NCBI GenBank assembly: GCA_964550465.1 | Contig: CAZJZH010000001.1 | Location: 107-64,106, forward strand | Direction: 5' to 3' | DNA length: 64,000 nucleotides | Source: an uncultured Gammaproteobacteria bacterium | Lineage (GTDB): Bacteria > Patescibacteriota > Patescibacteriia > JACRDY01 | Shown here: positions 58,004 through 64,000 of the stretch, in pieces | Layout: every line of letters starts with the position of its first letter | Numbering within the stretch: position 1 is the stretch's first letter | Notes under the pieces: model-generated | Databases searched by the model: none | Seen by the model: only the letters and a program-made list of their open reading frames with translations | What the model was told of the DNA's origin: nothing | Program-made: the position numbers and the translations under genes

Positions 58004-61000
58004 TTATAGCTCAGCGTCTGGGGGTAGGATGACAATGTAGCCGTCATACGTCGCCCAGTTTCCTTGATTAGCATCACACGCGGTTTGATCTTGATCAAAC
58101 AAACACGCGTCACCCCCACAGCCACTATCACCACAAACTTGCCAGTTATCAATCACTTGAACTCGTGGTTGTAAAGTATTGCATGGGCCATCATAGTCGC
58201 CCCAATCCGGATCATCATCTGCAATAAATGGACTACAATCAGCTCGATAGACTGAATTACCAGTAAAGTTCTTCGTATTCCCCGCATTACTGGATGCTGT
58301 AGTATAGGCATGTGAGAAGAGTACCTCAAAGTATGCTTCTCGACAGGCCCCATTAGGATTTTCCCCATAATTACTGCTGCCGTCCGTACACTCCTGACGA
58401 ATATTTGCATACGCATCAGACGGGTCATCGCCAAAGGTTCTATCGAGCAGCGCGGTAGGAATATCTGACGTCTGATCATAGCCATCACCCGTATAGTCAA
58501 CACGGAATCGACGGAGCGGCAATTGCTGACCATTTTCATTATAGGCAAAGAAGTGAATATTTCCCCAGAAAAGATCTGTTTTAATGATTGGCCAACCATC
58601 GCCCCGGCCAGCTCGGAAGTCGATCGAAATATGCTCAGAGTCCCCCTGCTCTAACCCCTCGGCGCCACGAGCAATAACCTCAGTAATAACCGGCGCTTGG
58701 CCCAGTACATCACGGTCATCGTACGGCCCTTGGAGTGCGCTTGTTTTCTGCTCCCAGTCATCACCAACTTCATCTTGGCGCCACACACTAAATGCTTTGG
58801 CAAACAACCGACCGATACGGTTAAACCCTTGAGAGAAGTACGATTCATTCGTTCCAAGAGCAGATGTATTGTACCCAACACATCTACCACCACCACTATA
58901 ACAAGCCTCTAGGGCACTATCTGTGTCACAGTTTTCACCCTCTGCCTTGCCACCAAAACAGAAGCTACCTTGGCAATAAGCCGTAGCCAGCCCTTCACAG
59001 GCATATGGCCCGCCAGCCGTGAATACATTCTGCGCTTGATCATGATAGTCAATCACCTCATAAAACTGGTTGTCTGGAACTCCGCTACCACCAGGACGAT
59101 AAGTCCGGTCTGAGTCAGCCTTGAAAGCCCCATAAAAATCATAATAATCCCGTAAGGCGTGTGGCACAGCGCCACCAATAGTATAATCAGCACTAAGCAC
59201 GTCCGTAAAGAAGTGGTTTGTATATATAGCCGCGTGGTCATCCCAGTCATCAATATCGGTAGCTGCTTCTTTAGCGAATTGAGCTAGCGTTGAGCACTGT
59301 TCCTTGTAAACAATAAACGGCCGCAGGGTAATCTTACCATTTCTGTTTGCTTTCGTATCAAGACACCCGTCAGTTCCTCGGCTACCAGCATCATTTGTAC
59401 TATGAATAACGCCAAATCGGAATCTGTCGAGCTGTCCATCGTCATCCCAATACACATTAATCTTAAAGCCATTTTCTTTATTGCCCCGCACATCATCACT
59501 AAAACTATTACCAAACGGGTTAGCAAAAGACTGGTCACCCTCATTCCATAAACGCTGATTGTATGTCCAGCGGGTGTTACTGCTATTGTATGCGTAGGCT
59601 TGATCTAACCAACCGTTGCCAGGGTTATTCCCTGACACCTCTGTTGGGTACCAAATATCCCAACCGCCGCTGGTGGGTTCGTGAAGATCATGCTTATTCG
59701 TATACAGCAACTCTCTATCCGCCGGATCAGCAATAAACACCGCTGCGAACCCGTTCTCAACTCCCTCAACTCCGTCTAACTCAACATTGAGATAGTTCTT
59801 GGGCAACGGGTTCTGTGGCAGTGCCGGTCGTGCGCCCTCACCCTTATCTGGAAATGCACTACTAATACACTCCACTTCTTGGAAGTAGATAGCCAGCACC
59901 TCGTCTCGGTGAATATTGCCGATACGAGCATTGTTAGATGGCTCAACCGATAGTCGACAGTAAGTGAAGTCCTCCTCCTTTTTAACTGGCGTCAGACGAA
60001 TATCACCCACCTTAGCCCACTCCGCGATAATTGGCTGAGTATCATAGGTTGGTTGACCAAATAGGTCGTATCCTGTCACTCGCTTTGTTTTACCTATCTG
60101 CGTAGTATTATCGATTGGACCATATACCCAGCCGTAGTTTTCATCATCATCGCCACTGGAAGGAGGTTGGTTGCTATTACAGAAATCACAATTACCACCG
60201 CTCTCTCCACAGTCATTTTTATCTTCAACACGGACAACACTCCATGGCCCCGGCGCAGCATTGTCATCTGGACCACGAGGCTCTAGACCACTGTCTCGTT
60301 CCCAAAACCAATCAGCATCTTCACGCGTTACCCCCAGTCGATTAGCATTGGCCATAGCAATCGGACTAGCATCAGATCGCTCATAAAAGTATGGGCCATT
60401 GCCTTTTTGCGCCAAACAGTAGTTAAGCTCTTTTCCTTCTATTAGTGCTGTATAGTCAACTGTTGGATCACTCTGGAAGGCATCATTTTCACCACGTAGC
60501 TGATCAAGCGGCATCCAAGTCAAGCATGGGTGCTTGTCAGCCTTTCCTTCAATAGTTCGACTCTCTAAGTATTCTATGCAGTAGCCTCGCCACCCTAGAC
60601 GGACTTGTTTTTCTGTTGGCTTGACACACACATCATGTTCACTTGGTGTCCGAGTCCTTTGCTCAGTATCACGATTTATGTACAAGTCTTCAGCGCCCTC
60701 TCCATCTTCAATATAAATCGGTTCATTAGGCTGTAACATACAGTCGCCATCTCTGTTACAAGGGTCTCCAATTCGAGCAATAGCGCCGGTGATAGAATTA
60801 CCTGCTTCACCGTCTGCGTCTGCGCAAAAGTAATCTCCTTCCCAAGCGGAATCAACATCATTTAGATCATGTGGGAAATACCCCCGACTACCACCAGTGC
60901 TCCATTTTTCATAGCTACACTCACACACATCACCATCCAGCCCGCAGGTCGAAGCATCAGTGTAATACGGATTTTGCCCGTCATAAACTACGCGATCAAA

Positions 61001-64000
61001 TGGGGCGTCGTTATCGGCGTACCCACGACACTGCTTACCGACAGGATCATCCCATTGCCCCACGCCCACACCAAGCACTTCCCGAGCGCCACTACCAGCA
61101 GGAACAAAGGTTAATCCATAATCAGCGCCATCAAAATCACAGGTTGGATCACTGCCACCACAACTATCATCAATACACGGCGTTCCATCACTACACTGCC
61201 CAATGAGCTGTTCTCGCAATGACCAAGCTGGGTAGAGACCTGGAATCGAATACCCGGAGTATTCATAGCCATCCCATCCCAATGAACGGTTCAAATACTT
61301 ATTGATATCTAGGACGCTCCGAGTATCGCGCGCGGCATCACTGGTAACACCCTCACCCCACACTACCGGATCACCAAAGCCTGCTTCATAGCCTGGTGCT
61401 GTCCCATAGAGCTCTTCAATGGCTGGAGGGATTGGTGTTTCATCGCTACACAGAAGCGCGCTCGTGCTACTGGCATCGGGCACAGCGGTACATGAATGAG
61501 TACCAAGACACACTCGACGTAATTCTCCACTGTTTGGATCGGAAATAGCCACGGAGTTATTACACCCTATCCACTCGGCACAAACACGGTCACGACGAAC
61601 AGCAATCATATCATTACTGTCGTTTTGACGATCCGCGCCATCTTCATCTCTACAGTACTGAGAAACATCACCCGTAACCGAACAATTCAGTGGTGGTACT
61701 TGGATATCGTTGTTTTCTTCACTACGCTGATAGGTAGCAACGGCACTGAAGGTCAGGTCAGCTTGCCACTGTTCTTCACCCCCGCCAATGGTAATATCAG
61801 CGTTTTGATAATCAAACTTACCGCGATTTTCGAACAAGACACAACCTTCTTTGAGTGAAGCGCCGTTGCGACAACTATCACGATCAATCAAATCATTGTC
61901 GATGAAGTAGTAGTGATTATTATCATTAAAGGTATCACCATTCGGATCAATAAACTCGGTACAACCGCTTTCATCATCTGGGCACAGCGTGGCTTGTGAG
62001 CGTACATTGCGTGGATTACCACAGCCATTATCGTCAACGCCAGGCTTGAGTGTACAGAGGTCATTATCTTCACTGCCAGCTACCACCCAACAGCTTTGAC
62101 TACCGCCAATATCACGGAAGACACATTCACCTGGACTGTTGTAGGTTGGCCGGGTTGGGTCACCAAAGTAGGCTGGATTTAAGCCATCGGCATCACTAGC
62201 AAAGTTTTCACAACTATGGTGCTGTGGCGCGCAGAGAATACTGTCGTATTGGTTTGGATTGTCTTTGAGATAGACTGGCTCAGCGGCAAAAACGAAGTCG
62301 TAGTCCACATCAAAACTGACATCACCAACACTTGGATCGTTGAAATATGGCGTATCCCCCTTGTACACAGTAGCCTGCCAGTCGATTGGGCTCACCGCCT
62401 GACAACCAGCATCAGCTGCTTGACAGGTATACTCTGGACGGTTAACCAAATAGACAAACTGGTCAGCTGGTACCTGTACTCCGCCACTCATGTTGTACTC
62501 CGCGTTATACGAAATATCGCCAGCGTAATTATAGTCATCAAGGTAATATTCCAAACCAGCAGTGTCATCGGTGGCAATAAATGTACACTCTGTTCCTCCT
62601 TGAGGTACCGTGCAAGCGTCAAAGGTCCCCCCACCAGACTGTGGCGATAACTGTGCCAGACACGTACACCCACCTGCCTCTGTACAAATAGCTGACAAAG
62701 CACAGCGGGTATTAAACGACTGGTACCATGGTGAATTCGAATTGTGCGTATCGATCACTGCCTCACAGCCAATGGCTGATTCTTCACACAAGCGGGTGAA
62801 CGACCGCAGATTGACGATCTGATTATTGGCATCTTGATAGGCCTCACAGCCCAGCATAAATTGTGGGGCCGGCGCACCGCTGTAGTTTTGGTCACACTGG
62901 GCTGGTGTATTCCACGAATCAGCAATCAAGAACTGAGTGTCTGTCACCTGTTCTAGTCGAACATTATCGATATAAATCTGTGATTGGCCGTCAAAGACCA
63001 GCACATCACCGTTCACATCCCAATCAACAAAGACTGGGCCAAAGCGGTAGTACTGCCAGTCAGTACCCATTGATTGATTATTGGCAAAGATACCGTCTTG
63101 ACCGCTGCCATTGAGCTCGCCACTATCACGGAAGAAAATACTGACCGTATTACCGATCTGCGCGGACTTACCCCAGAAAGTGATGGTGTATGCTTGGCCG
63201 CTGACCGGCACTTCACCGTCACCGAGCGAACGAGCTACTTGGTGACCGGCATTATTACTGCGGTATGAGTGCGCGCCAACTGAGTAGCTTTCCCCCACTA
63301 CTACGCCAGCGTACTGATTGCCACCCGGTAGGGCGCTCATGTCCCATGCGGTTGGTGTAGCCTCAAAGCCATCTTCAAAAGCTACCGCAGACGCCCCGGC
63401 ATAGTTACCCTGGTATTCGCGACAGCCCGGCTCGCTACAAGCTATACTCTGTTCCGGTGTACCGAGGTAGCGGCACTGACCAGCAAAGTCGTCCCACTGA
63501 CTAGTGCCTCCCGGCAAACTGCCACACTGTGACTCTGTTAGGTTGTAACACAAACCGTTAAATGATTGACCGCCTAGGTTGACACACAGCTGGCTAGGGA
63601 TAGCCACCGCTTGGCCAGCGCCATCAATGACGCGACACTGACTGAACAAACCGCCAGAATCTAGACAGCTGTCGCCCACACCGTCACTATTGACATCAAC
63701 TGAAGCATCATCGGTCAAGCCAACACCACCGGTCAAACGGTACGGATGACACTGACTGGTACACAGCACGGTGTCTGTCATCAAGCGGTAGCTGATTTGC
63801 CCATCAGCTGAGTAGAACTGGCGGCAATCCGGTGTGTATTCTGGATGATACCAAGTATCCCCTGGATTCTGCCCATAAAACGGCTCACAGCTGTAATTAT
63901 CACCGCCAAAGCCGGTTAGTGGCTGACCAAAGGTAGATGAATCCGCGTCTTGGTCAATGTAGACAAATTCCTCAATAGCAAATGGTTTTTGACTGTCAGT
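58004..64000 (-). CDS. Giant Cys-rich extracellular protein, 5'-truncated by the window; includes a CBM4/9-like beta-sandwich
   Basis: Frame stays open from 63784 to the window end (about 2000 codons in view); abundant Cys/Asp/Gly; GFE...YTITFWGK...WQYY...IYIDNVRL. Confidence 0.85.
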   Translation of the reverse strand, partial: TDSQKPFAIEEFVYIDQDADSSTFGQPLTGFGGDNYSCEPFYGQNPGDTWYHPEYTPDCRQFYSADGQISYRLMTDTVLCTSQCHPYRLTGGVGLTDDASVDVNSDGVGDSCLDSGGLFSQCRVIDGAGQAVAIPSQLCVNLGGQSFNGLCYNLTESQCGSLPGGTSQWDDFAGQCRYLGTPEQSIACSEPGCREYQGNYAGASAVAFEDGFEATPTAWDMSALPGGNQYAGVVVGESYSVGAHSYRSNNAGHQVARSLGDGEVPVSGQAYTITFWGKSAQIGNTVSIFFRDSGELNGSGQDGIFANNQSMGTDWQYYRFGPVFVDWDVNGDVLVFDGQSQIYIDNVRLEQVTDTQFLIADSWNTPAQCDQNYSGAPAPQFMLGCEAYQDANNQIVNLRSFTRLCEESAIGCEAVIDTHNSNSPWYQSFNTRCALSAICTEAGGCTCLAQLSPQSGGGTFDACTVPQGGTECTFIATDDTAGLEYYLDDYNYAGDISYNAEYNMSGGVQVPADQFVYLVNRPEYTCQAADAGCQAVSPIDWQATVYKGDTPYFNDPSVGDVSFDVDYDFVFAAEPVYLKDNPNQYDSILCAPQHHSCENFASDADGLNPAYFGDPTRPTYNSPGECVFRDIGGSQSCWVVAGSEDNDLCTLKPGVDDNGCGNPRNVRSQATLCPDDESGCTEFIDPNGDTFNDNNHYYFIDNDLIDRDSCRNGASLKEGCVLFENRGKFDYQNADITIGGGEEQWQADLTFSAVATYQRSEENNDIQVPPLNCSVTGDVSQYCRDEDGADRQNDSNDMIAVRRDRVCAEWIGCNNSVAISDPNSGELRRVCLGTHSCTAVPDASSTSALLCSDETPIPPAIEELYGTAPGYEAGFGDPVVWGEGVTSDAARDTRSVLDINKYLNRSLGWDGYEYSGYSIPGLYPAWSLREQLIGQCSDGTPCIDDSCGGSDPTCDFDGADYGLTFVPAGSGAREVLGVGVGQWDDPVGKQCRGYADNDAPFDRVVYDGQNPYYTDASTCGLDGDVCECSYEKWSTGGSRGYFPHDLNDVDSAWEGDYFCADADGEAGNSITGAIARIGDPCNRDGDCMLQPNEPIYIEDGEGAEDLYINRDTEQRTRTPSEHDVCVKPTEKQVRLGWRGYCIEYLESRTIEGKADKHPCLTWMPLDQLRGENDAFQSDPTVDYTALIEGKELNYCLAQKGNGPYFYERSDASPIAMANANRLGVTREDADWFWERDSGLEPRGPDDNAAPGPWSVVRVEDKNDCGESGGNCDFCNSNQPPSSGDDDENYGWVYGPIDNTTQIGKTKRVTGYDLFGQPTYDTQPIIAEWAKVGDIRLTPVKKEEDFTYCRLSVEPSNNARIGNIHRDEVLAIYFQEVECISSAFPDKGEGARPALPQNPLPKNYLNVELDGVEGVENGFAAVFIADPADRELLYTNKHDLHEPTSGGWDIWYPTEVSGNNPGNGWLDQAYAYNSSNTRWTYNQRLWNEGDQSFANPFGNSFSDDVRGNKENGFKINVYWDDDGQLDRFRFGVIHSTNDAGSRGTDGCLDTKANRNGKITLRPFIVYKEQCSTLAQFAKEAATDIDDWDDHAAIYTNHFFTDVLSADYTIGGAVPHALRDYYDFYGAFKADSDRTYRPGGSGVPDNQFYEVIDYHDQAQNVFTAGGPYACEGLATAYCQGSFCFGGKAEGENCDTDSALEACYSGGGRCVGYNTSALGTNESYFSQGFNRIGRLFAKAFSVWRQDEVGDDWEQKTSALQGPYDDRDVLGQAPVITEVIARGAEGLEQGDSEHISIDFRAGRGDGWPIIKTDLFWGNIHFFAYNENGQQLPLRRFRVDYTGDGYDQTSDIPTALLDRTFGDDPSDAYANIRQECTDGSSNYGENPNGACREAYFEVLFSHAYTTASSNAGNTKNFTGNSVYRADCSPFIADDDPDWGDYDGPCNTLQPRVQVIDNWQVCGDSGCGGDACLFDQDQTACDANQGNWATYDGYIVILPPDAEL

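Overview
This is a gene-dense bacterial chromosome segment using the standard code: TAA, TAG and TGA all terminate genes. Its gene set is typical of Patescibacteria/CPR (inferred, possibly an ABY1-type Parcubacterium). Housekeeping genes include rplA, gatB, miaA, a DEAD-box helicase, thrS, dnaE, pheS/pheT, rseP, pepD, a phosphomannomutase, lemA-htpX, clpC, mpg, recG, SOD and comF, plus a six-gene dTTP-synthesis operon and three tRNAs (Arg-GCG, Ser-TGA, Ser-GCT). Regulatory RNAs are an L1 leader and a T-box upstream of thrS with an atypical stem I. The most notable parts are: (i) three tandem paralogous VirB2/T4SS-pilin modules, each fused to a different C-terminal cargo (Cys-rich unknown, M23 peptidase, lytic transglycosylase), about 7 kb from a CPR-type T4SS-like operon (VirB8-like, VirB4, PrgI, VirB6-like, and a >2000 aa Cys-rich protein truncated by the window edge); (ii) a tRNA-Ser locus where each intact tRNA is preceded by a duplicated tRNA 5' end interrupted by an identical 69-nt palindromic insert, with a small GIY-YIG nuclease gene in one unit; (iii) a family of GC-rich hairpin modules shared with a TIR-bounded intergenic element; (iv) orphan genes sharing a promoter/boxA-like/hairpin/SD leader. 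A few local anomalies (an in-frame TAG, a damaged SOD motif) may be consensus errors. All calls are by eye from motifs; no database searches were run.
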